29,877 nucleotides of DNA, taken from contig CAYVDQ010000001.1 of the NCBI GenBank assembly GCA_964450615.1, positions 1 through 29,877 on the forward strand. Reading direction: 5' to 3'. A program made the translations under genes and the position numbers. The notes under the pieces are model-generated. The model was not told the DNA's origin, searched no databases, and saw only the letters and a list, made by a program, of their open reading frames with translations. Numbering within the stretch: the stretch's first letter is position 1; each line of letters opens with the position of its first letter. Shown piece by piece: positions 16,238 through 24,482 of the stretch. This stretch comes from an uncultured Eubacteriales bacterium (GTDB taxonomy: Bacteria; Bacillota; Clostridia; Oscillospirales; Acutalibacteraceae).

Positions 16238-18199
16238 ATGGCAAAACGGGATCTCAAGATCCTCACGATCGATCCGTATTTAGAGCCATACGCAGACGAT
16301 CTGCGTATGCGGGCGGAATTGTTGGCGCAAAAAAAGGCGGAGCTGGGTGATCTGACGGCGTTTGCAAGCGGTCATCACTATTTCGGGTTCCACCGCACCG
16401 AGTCGGGCTGGGTCTACCGCGAATGGGCACCCGCCGCGGATGCGCTGTTCCTGACGGGTGATTTTAACAACTGGGACACCGCCGCCTGCCCAATGACGCG
16501 GCTGGAAAACGGCATTTTTGAGGTGCAGGCGGACGATCTGTGCGTGGGGCAAAAGGTGCAGACCGTCGTGTGGCATAAGGGGCAGATGCTCCGCCGTATT
16601 CCGCTGTATGCCACGCGGGTGGTGCAGGATCCGGTGACGTATCTATGGTGTGCGGAGGTGGAGGATACCTTTGCTCCCTACCCCTGGACCGACGAGGGGT
16701 TTGCGCCCGCCAAAACGCCGTTTATCTACGAGTGCCATATCGGTATGGCCGAAGAGAAGGGTGCTGTCGGCAGTTACCGTGAGTTTACCGAAAATATCCT
16801 GCCGCGCGTGAAAGCGGCGGGGTACAACACGATCCAGATCATGGCGATCATGGAGCATCCGTATTACGGGTCGTTCGGGTATCAGGTGTCGAATTTCTTT
16901 GCCGCCTCCTCCCGCTACGGAACCGGCAACGACCTGAAGGAGCTTATCAACACCGCGCACGGCATGGGTATCGCGGTGCTTCTCGACGTGGTGCACTCCC
17001 ACGCGGTCAAGAATACCAACGAGGGGCCGAACGAGTTTGACGGCACGGTGTACCAGTTCTTCCACGAGGGCGGTCGCGGCGATCACAGTGCCTGGGGTAC
17101 GAAGCTCTTTAACTACGGCAAAAACGAGGTACTGCATTTCCTGCTGTCCAACCTGCGGTATTGGATGGAAATTTTTCATTTTGACGGATTTCGGTTTGAC
17201 GGTGTGACGTCGATGCTGTACCACGATCATGCCTTAGGCAGTGCGTTCACCGATTACAGTATGTATTTCTCAACGAACACCGACGTGGAGGCAGTCACCT
17301 ATCTGGGGCTCGCCAACGAGCTGATCCATACGCTGAACCCGGGCGCGATCACGGTAGCGGAGGATATGTCGGGTATGCCGGGGATGTGCTTACCCCTGAA
17401 AGACGGCGGGATCGGGTTCGATTATCGGTTGTCGATGGGTGTGCCGGATCTGTGGATCAAGCTGCTCAAAGAGGTGTCGGACGAGCATTGGAATATGGGA
17501 CAGTTATGGTACGAGCTGACCAACCGCCGCCCGAAAGAAAAGAATATCGGGTACTGCGAATCGCACGATCAGGCGCTGGTTGGGGATAAAACCATCATGT
17601 TCCGCTTGTGCGATGCCGAGATGTATACGCACATGCAGAAGTTCGGCGGGAGTCTGATCATCGACCGCGGCATTGCACTGCACAAGATGATCCGATTGCT
17701 TACCGCGTCGCTTTCCGGCGAGGGGTATCTGAATTTCATGGGCAACGAGTTCGGGCATCCCGAATGGATCGATTTCCCGCGCGAGGGCAACGGTTGGAGT
17801 TATCATTATTGCCGCCGTCAGTGGAGTCTTTTGGACAACCCCGATCTGCGGTATCGTGAGCTTGGCGACTTTGACAAGGCGATGCTCTCCCTCTTGCAAC
17901 GCGAAAAGACACTTTCTAAGCCGTCGGTTTGTCTGACCGTACACGAGGATGACAAGGTGCTGATCTACGAAAAAGGCAACCTGGTGTTCGCGTTTAATTT
18001 CCACCCCGAGAAGTCGTTTGACAGCTACCCCGTTCCGGTGGGAAAAGCTGGTCAGTATAAGGTGATCCTCTCGTCCGACGACGGGGTGTTCGGCGGGTTT
18101 GACCGTGTGGACAAATCGGTACGATATACCGCGGGGGACGGCGATTTCCGGTGTTATCTGCCGAATCGTTCGGCGATCGTGTTTAAAAAGGTAAAATAG
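16238..18199 (+). CDS. glgB: 1,4-alpha-glucan branching enzyme (GH13, subfamily 8-like)
   Basis: YREWAPAA, MAIMEHPYYGSFGYQVSNFFA, FDGFRFDGVTSM, AEDMSG, ESHDQALVGDKT and NFMGNEFGHPEWIDFPR. Confidence 0.92.
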   Translation: MAKRDLKILTIDPYLEPYADDLRMRAELLAQKKAELGDLTAFASGHHYFGFHRTESGWVYREWAPAADALFLTGDFNNWDTAACPMTRLENGIFEVQADDLCVGQKVQTVVWHKGQMLRRIPLYATRVVQDPVTYLWCAEVEDTFAPYPWTDEGFAPAKTPFIYECHIGMAEEKGAVGSYREFTENILPRVKAAGYNTIQIMAIMEHPYYGSFGYQVSNFFAASSRYGTGNDLKELINTAHGMGIAVLLDVVHSHAVKNTNEGPNEFDGTVYQFFHEGGRGDHSAWGTKLFNYGKNEVLHFLLSNLRYWMEIFHFDGFRFDGVTSMLYHDHALGSAFTDYSMYFSTNTDVEAVTYLGLANELIHTLNPGAITVAEDMSGMPGMCLPLKDGGIGFDYRLSMGVPDLWIKLLKEVSDEHWNMGQLWYELTNRRPKEKNIGYCESHDQALVGDKTIMFRLCDAEMYTHMQKFGGSLIIDRGIALHKMIRLLTASLSGEGYLNFMGNEFGHPEWIDFPREGNGWSYHYCRRQWSLLDNPDLRYRELGDFDKAMLSLLQREKTLSKPSVCLTVHEDDKVLIYEKGNLVFAFNFHPEKSFDSYPVPVGKAGQYKVILSSDDGVFGGFDRVDKSVRYTAGDGDFRCYLPNRSAIVFKKVK

Positions 18200-18225
18200 A
18201 AACGACTCCCCGCGGGGAGTCGTTT
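18200..18225 (+). terminator. Terminator hairpin (perfect 26-bp palindrome)
   Basis: AAACGACTCCCCGCGGGGAGTCGTTT directly after the glgB stop, followed by a T-rich tail. Confidence 0.8.
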
Positions 18226-18232
18226 TATTGTA

Positions 18233-18261
18233 TTGACGAGAAAGAAAAAGATTGGTATACT
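18233..18261 (+). promoter_or_regulatory. Sigma-A promoter for glnA
   Basis: TTGACG-N17-TATACT with TG extension. Confidence 0.7.
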
Positions 18262-18294
18262 TGTCCTATCTACTGAAAAAGAGGTGCTTTTATA

Positions 18295-19719
18295 ATGGCA
18301 AAAAACGTAAAGGACGTTCTCGCACTTATCAAACAGCATGACATCAAGATGGTCGACTTTAAGATGGTGGACATCAACGGTCAGTTCCGTCACGTCACCA
18401 TTCCCGCCGAAAACTTTTCTGAGGATACCATGAAGAGCGGTATCGGCTTCGACGCCTCCAACTACGGCTATGCAGTCGTAGAAAAGAGCGATATGGTATT
18501 CATCCCCGATCCGAGTACGGCGGTCGTGGATCCGTTCTGCACCATTCCCACTCTGTCGATGACGGGTAACGCGATGATCATCGATTCCCCCGAAAACCGT
18601 CCGCTCGCGCAGTATCCGCGTAACATTGTGCTCGCTGCACAGCAATATATGAAAGACAGCGGCATCGCAGATACGATGCTCATCCTGCCCGAGTTTGAGT
18701 TCTATCTGTTCGACGAAGTGGGCTGGGAAGTTCAAGGTAACAGCATCGGCGTGTCGCTCGATGCCGAGCAGTCCTACTGGAACAGCGGCGTTGAGGGCAA
18801 GGGTAACGTGGTGCCCAAACAAAAGGCGTATCATATTGCCAAACCCTTTGACCGCGCGTACGAGTGCCGCAGCGAAATGTGTATGCTGATGCGCGATATG
18901 GGGATTGACATTAACTATCACCACCCCGAGGTTGCCGCGTCCGGTCAGTTTGAGATCGAGCCGCAGCTTGGTGAGATGACCAAGATGGCGGATGCCACGA
19001 TGATGATAAAATACATCATCCACAACACCGCACTGAAATACGGCAAGACCGCCACCTTTATGCCGAAGCCCATCTACGGCGAAGCGGGCAGCGGTATGCA
19101 CGTGCATATGCAGTTGTTCAAGGACGGCGAGCCGGTCTTCTCGGACGATAACGGCTACGCGCATTTGAGCGAAACCGCACACTATTTTATGGGCGGTCTG
19201 CTGAAACACATTGCGTCCCTTTGTGCGCTGACCAATCCGAGCACCAACTCGTTCAAGCGGTTGGTTCCCGGCTTTGAAGCACCGGTCACGGTCGGCTATG
19301 CCACCTCCAACCGCAGTGCGGTCATCCGTATTCCGGCGTATGCCAAGAGTCCCGACAAGCGCCGCTTTGAGCTGCGCAACCCCGACGCGACCTGCAATCC
19401 GTATTTCTGCTATGCCGCGATCCTGATGGCGGGTCTTGACGGTATCAAGAACAAGATCGATCCGCACGAGAACGGCTGGGGTCCGTACGATATGAACTTG
19501 TATCACCTGCCCGAAGAGGAAAAAGCCAAGTTGCAGGGCTTACCGACTTCGTTGCCTGAGGCACTGGATGCGCTGGAAGCGGATCACGAGTATCTCACCG
19601 CCGGCGGTGTGTTCCCCGAAGAATTGCTCAAAAACTTCATCAAATCCAAGCGTGAGGAATGCAGTCAATTGGCGGCCATCCCCCACCCCGCCGAGTTTGA
19701 TAAGTATTATAATCTGTAA
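18295..19719 (+). CDS. glnA: Glutamine synthetase type I
   Basis: GIGFDAS, PEFEFYLF, HHPEVA, ATFMPKP...GSGMHVH, NSFKRLVPGFEAP, NRSAVIRIP and RFELRNPD. Confidence 0.95.
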   Translation: MAKNVKDVLALIKQHDIKMVDFKMVDINGQFRHVTIPAENFSEDTMKSGIGFDASNYGYAVVEKSDMVFIPDPSTAVVDPFCTIPTLSMTGNAMIIDSPENRPLAQYPRNIVLAAQQYMKDSGIADTMLILPEFEFYLFDEVGWEVQGNSIGVSLDAEQSYWNSGVEGKGNVVPKQKAYHIAKPFDRAYECRSEMCMLMRDMGIDINYHHPEVAASGQFEIEPQLGEMTKMADATMMIKYIIHNTALKYGKTATFMPKPIYGEAGSGMHVHMQLFKDGEPVFSDDNGYAHLSETAHYFMGGLLKHIASLCALTNPSTNSFKRLVPGFEAPVTVGYATSNRSAVIRIPAYAKSPDKRRFELRNPDATCNPYFCYAAILMAGLDGIKNKIDPHENGWGPYDMNLYHLPEEEKAKLQGLPTSLPEALDALEADHEYLTAGGVFPEELLKNFIKSKREECSQLAAIPHPAEFDKYYNL

Positions 19720-19723
19720 AAGA

Positions 19724-19753
19724 AAACGGCAGAGGATCACTCCTCTGCCGTTT
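19724..19753. terminator. Bidirectional terminator
   Basis: AAACGGCAGAGGA-TCAC-TCCTCTGCCGTTT between convergent glnA and the fliB-like gene. Confidence 0.82.
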
Positions 19754-20498
19754 CTTTTATAAGGGTTTGCAGATTTTCATCGGAATACTCGATTTCCGCG
19801 GAATACAGTCGAGCAATCTCGTATAACTCGTCTGTGTCTGCCGCAAGCGTTAAGATCACCGCCGCCGCGTGTGCGGCAAAGCGGGGATGCGCGTGGCGAA
19901 ACATAAAATACGCCGTCAGCCGTTCCCACACCGTACCTCGTTGCTCGGCAAACGAGGGGCAGGCGCTTAATGTATCCAAATACGCATCCCACGCGGAATC
20001 CAGCCGTTCAAGCGAGCGGTAGATCACCGCCCATTCGGCGGGGGTACGGGGATCCGAAAACGGCGGTACGGCGGTGTTGACCGCCACCTCGGCACCGGTA
20101 TCGGCATTGATAAACCGAGCGGGGCTGTCCAGTATCAGACGGCACGCCGCCTCGCAGCAAAGTCCGAGCCCGAGCCGCAGATCGTCACCGAGATAGGTGC
20201 GAAAGCGCGGGTGATCGGTGCAGATGTCACACAAGGCATCCTCGCCGAGGGTCAGGATAATATCGCACAAGCCCCGTTCGTTTAAGAAAGCACAGCGTTC
20301 GCCTTTATCCAACCGAAAACACGGCTGGTCACCGTGCACGATGCCGTCGTGCAGACGCTTGCCGAAGTCACCGTCTGCCATGTTGTACAGGGCATAGGTA
20401 TCGGGGTCAATATCGATCTCCCAACCGATGCAGCAGTTGTGGCGGCAACGGTCGGCGATACAGCGAAAGCGGGGATAATAATCGGGAACGATGACCAT
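19737..20498 (-). CDS. FliB family (flagellin lysine-N-methylase-like) Cys-rich Fe-S protein
   Basis: PDYYPRFRCIADRCRHNCCIGWEIDID, CAFLNERGLCDI, LCDICTDHPR, LCCEAA and C-terminal SAEIEYSDENL. Confidence 0.8.
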   Translation of the reverse strand: MVIVPDYYPRFRCIADRCRHNCCIGWEIDIDPDTYALYNMADGDFGKRLHDGIVHGDQPCFRLDKGERCAFLNERGLCDIILTLGEDALCDICTDHPRFRTYLGDDLRLGLGLCCEAACRLILDSPARFINADTGAEVAVNTAVPPFSDPRTPAEWAVIYRSLERLDSAWDAYLDTLSACPSFAEQRGTVWERLTAYFMFRHAHPRFAAHAAAVILTLAADTDELYEIARLYSAEIEYSDENLQTLIKETAEE

Positions 20499-20503
20499 GT
20501 TGA

Positions 20504-21424
20504 TTACTCCTCAAACAAAGGGGTGGACAAGTAGCGGTCACCGGTATCCGGCAACAGCACGACGATGGTCTTGCCCGCGTTCTCCGCGCGCTTTGCAAGC
20601 ACGCGTGCCGCGTGCAGGGCGGCACCCGACGAGATACCGACCAAAAAGCCCCCGGTGCGCGCTAACTGCCGCGCCGCCGCATAGGCATCGTCTTCTTTGA
20701 CGGACAGCACTTCATCGTATACCGCCGTGTTCAGGGTGCTCGGCACGAAATTAGCACCGATCCCCTGCAAGCCATGAGCACCGGCAACACCTTTGGATAA
20801 CAGCGGGGAACGTTCCGGTTCTACCGCCACCACACGGACGGCGGGGTTTTGGGATTTGAGATATTCGCCGACACCGGTAAGCGTACCGCCGGTGCCGACA
20901 CCCGCCACGAAAATATCCACCGTACCGTCGGTATCGTTCCAGATCTCGGGACCGGTCGTATCGCTGTGTGCCGCGGGATTGGCAGGATTACCGAATTGAT
21001 TGGGAATAAAGCTGTTCGGAATAGCGGCGGCAAGCTCGTTTGCTTTTTCTACCGCGCCCGACATCCCCTTGGCACCCTCGGTGAGTACCAGCTCGGCACC
21101 GTAGGCTTTCAGCAACATGCGGCGCTCGGCGCTCATCGTTTCGGGCATGGTCAAGATCACGCGGTAGCCGCGCGCCGATGCCATCGCCGCTAAACCGATG
21201 CCGGTGTTGCCGCTGGTCGGTTCAATAATCACGGAATCTGCCGAAAGCAACCCGCGTTCTTCCGCATCGCGGAGCATGGAAAGCGCAACGCGGTCTTTGA
21301 CACTGCCCGCGGGATTGAGATATTCTAATTTTGCTAAGATCGTCGCGTGTTCGCCCGACAGACGGCACACCTCCACCAAGGGCGTATTGCCGACGAGAGC
21401 GGTAATATCCTTATACACCTTCAC
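20504..21424 (-). CDS. cysK: Cysteine synthase A
   Basis: [16 protein letters not shown] (PLP Lys), [24 protein letters not shown] and [13 protein letters not shown] start follows a GAAAGGA RBS. Confidence 0.95.
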   Translation of the reverse strand: MKVYKDITALVGNTPLVEVCRLSGEHATILAKLEYLNPAGSVKDRVALSMLRDAEERGLLSADSVIIEPTSGNTGIGLAAMASARGYRVILTMPETMSAERRMLLKAYGAELVLTEGAKGMSGAVEKANELAAAIPNSFIPNQFGNPANPAAHSDTTGPEIWNDTDGTVDIFVAGVGTGGTLTGVGEYLKSQNPAVRVVAVEPERSPLLSKGVAGAHGLQGIGANFVPSTLNTAVYDEVLSVKEDDAYAAARQLARTGGFLVGISSGAALHAARVLAKRAENAGKTIVVLLPDTGDRYLSTPLFEE

Positions 21425-21457
21425 GCGATCAGATCCTTTCACGATAATTGCCCATGT

Positions 21458-21487
21458 AGTATACCATAAGGGAGCCGAATTTGTAAA
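21458..21487 (-). promoter_or_regulatory. Probable promoter for cysK and the fliB-like gene
   Basis: Minus strand TTTACA-N18-TATACT with TG extension. Confidence 0.5.
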
Positions 21488-21524
21488 GGAATGGCAGTTT
21501 CCGATTGGAAACTGCCATTCCTTT
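21485..21524 (-). terminator. Terminator of tRNA-Gly
   Basis: Perfect 18-bp inverted repeat AAAGGAATGGCAGTTTCC-GATT-GGAAACTGCCATTCCTTT abutting the tRNA CCA end. Confidence 0.85.
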
Positions 21525-21598
21525 TGGAGCGGAAGACGGGAATCGAACCCGCGTATTCAGCTTGGGAAGCTGACATTCTACCATTGAATTACTCCCGC
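21525..21598 (-). tRNA. tRNA-Gly (anticodon CCC)
   Basis: GCGGGAGTAATTCAATGGTAGAATGTCAGCTTCCCAAGCTGAATACGCGGGTTCGATTCCCGTCTTCCGCTCCA: cloverleaf, TTCGA T-loop, U discriminator and encoded CCA. Confidence 0.97.
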
Positions 21599-21607
21599 GT
21601 GTGCTAT

Positions 21608-21636
21608 ATGATATCACAACTACCCGCAAAAATCAA
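21608..21636 (-). promoter_or_regulatory. tRNA promoter
   Basis: Minus strand TTGATT-N17-TATCAT with TG extension. Confidence 0.65.
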
Positions 21637-21684
21637 GCGGTATTTTGTCGCGATTTAAAAAGGAGGCTTGCATGGTATACAATA

Positions 21685-21709
21685 CGGAACGGATGAATCC
21701 GTTCCCTAC
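21685..21709 (-). repeat. Solitary GTAG-type REP-like hairpin
   Basis: Minus strand GTAG-GGAACGGA-TTCA-TCCGTTCC-G with a perfect 8-bp stem; near-identical to positions 1-25. Confidence 0.8.
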
Positions 21710-21738
21710 TTGACCGCTCACGGACGGTTTGATATACT
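21710..21738 (+). promoter_or_regulatory. Promoter for the DUF1294 gene
   Basis: TTGACC-N17-TATACT with TG extension, starting immediately after the REP. Confidence 0.65.
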
Positions 21739-21762
21739 GTTTCCACAAGGAGGGAACCGCTG

Positions 21763-22020
21763 ATGCAAATAGTTGAGTGGTATCTGTGTATCGTTTCGGG
21801 GCTTGCCGTGATCCTCACGGTGTATGATAAGATCGCGGCGAAATGCCGCATCTCACGAGTACCCGAGGCAACGCTGTTCGTCGTATCATTGCTTGGCGGG
21901 AGTGCCGCCACATATCTTGTGATGTTGCTCATCCGCCATAAAACAAAGCACAAACGGTTTATGTTGGGGTTGCCCGCCATATTGATCGTGCAAGGGGCTC
22001 TGTACTGGTTTTTTACATAA
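21763..22020 (+). CDS. DUF1294 family small membrane protein
   Basis: YDKIAAK...RVPEATLFVVSLLGGS...IRHKTKH; AAGGAGG RBS. Confidence 0.88.
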   Translation: MQIVEWYLCIVSGLAVILTVYDKIAAKCRISRVPEATLFVVSLLGGSAATYLVMLLIRHKTKHKRFMLGLPAILIVQGALYWFFT

Positions 22021-22047
22021 AAAAGACCGCTCACTGAGCGGCCTTTT
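22021..22047. terminator. Probable bidirectional terminator
   Basis: AAAAGACCGCTC-ACT-GAGCGGCCTTTT (one mismatch) flanked by A/T runs between convergent genes. Confidence 0.6.
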
Positions 22048-22918
22048 CTTTTTTCTCAATAACGATCCATACAACTGAGGCAATTAGTAAGATGGCGCTG
22101 ATCACAAACGCCGTTGTCGTGATCACGGTCATGCGGTCAAGCACCGTATACAGCAGCAACCGAACGTATTCGCGCAAAGCGGATTCGGAAAGCGCAATGC
22201 TTGAGGGGAAATCCAATCCCACAAACAGCCACGTCGGCACGGCAACCAAAGCACTGCCCACAAACAAAGCACCCGATACGCCGTACGCACGCTGGCGCAG
22301 AGTGGTTTTCACGGGAATCAATCCCACAAGCGCAAACAGAACGGTCATCAGCAGACTCCACGGGAACAAGCGCAGTATTTTGCGCGGTAACGCGTCCTCG
22401 GCGAACAACGGATGCGCCGTTTTCAGCAGTTTGGCGGTAACGCCAAGTTGCATCACGGCGGAGACACCGTCTGCAAAATCCTTCGCAATGGTAGCGGCTG
22501 CCTCCGCATCCAGCGGCTGCTCTTCCGTCGGTAAAGAATCAAAATACCCTTGTATCACCGTTTGAAACGGTGCAGTGTCCAAGACGATAGCATCCGGTTC
22601 ACCGCCGCTGCACAGCGCATCGTACACCGATCCCATGCGGGTTTTAGCCGCCGAGCGTATTTGCTCCCCGGTTACCACACCGTCCATCACCTCAAAAGGA
22701 ATGCCGTAAAACAAGCATTCATCCTCCAGATGATCGCGTACGTCTGCTTCCAATGCGGTTACAAAGGCATCATCCGCAGCGACGGACACGTACAACTCAC
22801 GGTTAAACACCGCACCCGCCGACCAAAGCAACAACGATACAGCAAGCGATACGCACACAATCGCCGCTAAAACCAAGCGGCCGACCGTGAACAATACACG
22901 CACAAGGGGTTTATCCAT
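22031..22918 (-). CDS. Hypothetical membrane protein (N-terminal TM, ~150-aa extracellular domain, three C-terminal TMs)
   Basis: 295-aa ORF overlapping the sortase stop by 8 nt; hydrophobic segments visible; no recognised motif. Confidence 0.75.
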   Translation of the reverse strand: MDKPLVRVLFTVGRLVLAAIVCVSLAVSLLLWSAGAVFNRELYVSVAADDAFVTALEADVRDHLEDECLFYGIPFEVMDGVVTGEQIRSAAKTRMGSVYDALCSGGEPDAIVLDTAPFQTVIQGYFDSLPTEEQPLDAEAAATIAKDFADGVSAVMQLGVTAKLLKTAHPLFAEDALPRKILRLFPWSLLMTVLFALVGLIPVKTTLRQRAYGVSGALFVGSALVAVPTWLFVGLDFPSSIALSESALREYVRLLLYTVLDRMTVITTTAFVISAILLIASVVWIVIEKKEKAAQ

Positions 22919-23576
22919 ACGTCGGCCACTCCTTCCCTTCGACTTTTCGGCAAATCAGCGCGATTCGCTGGGAACGGAATTGGAACCCGTTTTGGCGCGG
23001 ATAGCAGGTATACATAAACAGCGTATCCCCTTCACCGTCGATATGCTGAAGCGCGCTCCGATCCGTGTAATGGAAGATGAGGGTGTCCACGACCTTGTAG
23101 ACATATTTACCATAGATGGTATCCATGGTCACGAGCGTGCCGATCTTAGTATCTTCAATCTCATAAAAATGGCGGGTGACGTGAGCCGAAAGCACCGTTC
23201 GAGCACCTTGACCGCAAAAGCGAGAAGCAGAACGCATGCCGGCACCGTTGCGGAGGAGCACGTCATCATCACCAAAGAACACCTTGATATCGCGTTCTTC
23301 CCAACCGTCGACGTTCAGGGTTGCCCACTGAGTTCCGTATTCAATAACCGGAAGATGCCCCTCATCCGGTGTGACCGTGCCGCCGCCGATAACATCGCCA
23401 CCGGCAAAACCGGTAATCAATTGATAGTACATGGACTCCGCGATTACGTTTTCAAATAGAAACACCGCCGCGCACAGTACCGCCACCACTGAAAACAGAT
23501 ACGGCAACAACAAGAAAAAGCCCTTTAAAAAAGGGCTCTTTCTGTTGAATTGACAATTCAATTTCATGTTTGACAT
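22911..23576 (-). CDS. Sortase (class D-like)
   Basis: N-terminal TM, TVLSAH (His), YVYKV, LFMYTCYP (TC catalytic Cys) and downstream Arg in RSQR. Confidence 0.88.
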   Translation of the reverse strand: MSNMKLNCQFNRKSPFLKGFFLLLPYLFSVVAVLCAAVFLFENVIAESMYYQLITGFAGGDVIGGGTVTPDEGHLPVIEYGTQWATLNVDGWEERDIKVFFGDDDVLLRNGAGMRSASRFCGQGARTVLSAHVTRHFYEIEDTKIGTLVTMDTIYGKYVYKVVDTLIFHYTDRSALQHIDGEGDTLFMYTCYPRQNGFQFRSQRIALICRKVEGKEWPTYG

Positions 23577-24295
23577 CAGCGAGAAGCAACGAGCTTTTTA
23601 CCGTAAACAGCAGATACGATCGCCACGATCGCCACGGCTGCGCCGGCGATGATCATGGTGTAATCCACAGCGGAATCGGTTTTTTTCACGTCAAAGTCAG
23701 CGGTGGAAACAACCTTGCCGGTGTCTTTCTTGGTGATGACGATCGTGGTATCGCCTTCGTGAGTGGCTTTGTCTTCGGGAACGGCTTCCACCGTCATGAC
23801 CAAGCCCAGCGTGTTACAAGCGGCCTTTGCTTGCGCCATAACGGCTTTCTGCTCGGTTTCGGTGTACTCGGACAAGGAATTACCTTTATCCTCTTTAATG
23901 GCAGCTTTCGCAGCTTTCATGTTCACGATAACCGCAACCGCCTGTGCAGAAGTGACTTCAACCTGCTGCAGGGTGTTCTCGATCAACGGAATGTACTCCG
24001 ACTGATACGAAGCAGGGATCAATTCTTTTGCTTTGGCGACAATTGCCTCTTTCGGGGTGTTTTCGCCGATCTCCGTGGTGATGGCATCGATCTCTTCCTG
24101 AGAAACCTCGATGTTCTGTGCTTTCAGGATCTCGTTAACATCCATGTTGGAATAATCTACATCCTGGTTTTTCAAAGCCTCGGTAAGTTCTTCGAGCTCT
24201 TCGGCAGAGGGGGCTGCATAGGCAGGGACAACCGCCATCGCCAGAACACAAGCAAGAACCAAGCACGCGGAAATGATGGACAATACTTTTTTCAT
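23576..24295 (-). CDS. Secreted, putatively sortase-anchored surface protein
   Basis: Sec signal peptide MKKVLS...PAYA; acidic helical body; C-terminal VKKTD, hydrophobic helix and GKKLVASR basic tail; stop overlaps the sortase start. Confidence 0.8.
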   Translation of the reverse strand: MKKVLSIISACLVLACVLAMAVVPAYAAPSAEELEELTEALKNQDVDYSNMDVNEILKAQNIEVSQEEIDAITTEIGENTPKEAIVAKAKELIPASYQSEYIPLIENTLQQVEVTSAQAVAVIVNMKAAKAAIKEDKGNSLSEYTETEQKAVMAQAKAACNTLGLVMTVEAVPEDKATHEGDTTIVITKKDTGKVVSTADFDVKKTDSAVDYTMIIAGAAVAIVAIVSAVYGKKLVASR

Positions 24296-24349
24296 GACAC
24301 TCTCTCCTATTCAGCGCTGTGCGCTTAATTGATAAAAATGCTCAACGTT

Positions 24350-24379
24350 AGTTTACACCATTTGCCACACATTTGTCAA
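24350..24379 (-). promoter_or_regulatory. Promoter of the sortase cassette
   Basis: Minus strand TTGACA-N18-TAAACT. Confidence 0.55.
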
Positions 24380-24416
24380 CCGCCTTTTTAAAATTTCTTT
24401 TGCGGGAAATATTAAG

Positions 24417-24445
24417 TTGATTTACTTTCACGAATTTGGTATACT
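24417..24445 (+). promoter_or_regulatory. Promoter of the LTD-CotH-addB genes
   Basis: TTGATT-N17-TATACT with TG extension. Confidence 0.65.
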
Positions 24446-24482
24446 GGTTACGGTCATTTTGAACAGAAAGGAGTGGGATTAC

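Noticed and set aside
18200..18294. GlnR/TnrA box upstream of glnA
   Set aside because: No TGTNA-N7-TNACA seen; the 26-bp palindrome is adequately explained as the glgB terminator.
21525..21598. tRNA-Gly as an integration site for an island
   Set aside because: The terminator abuts the CCA end, and I saw no duplicated tRNA 3' fragment or integrase in the window.
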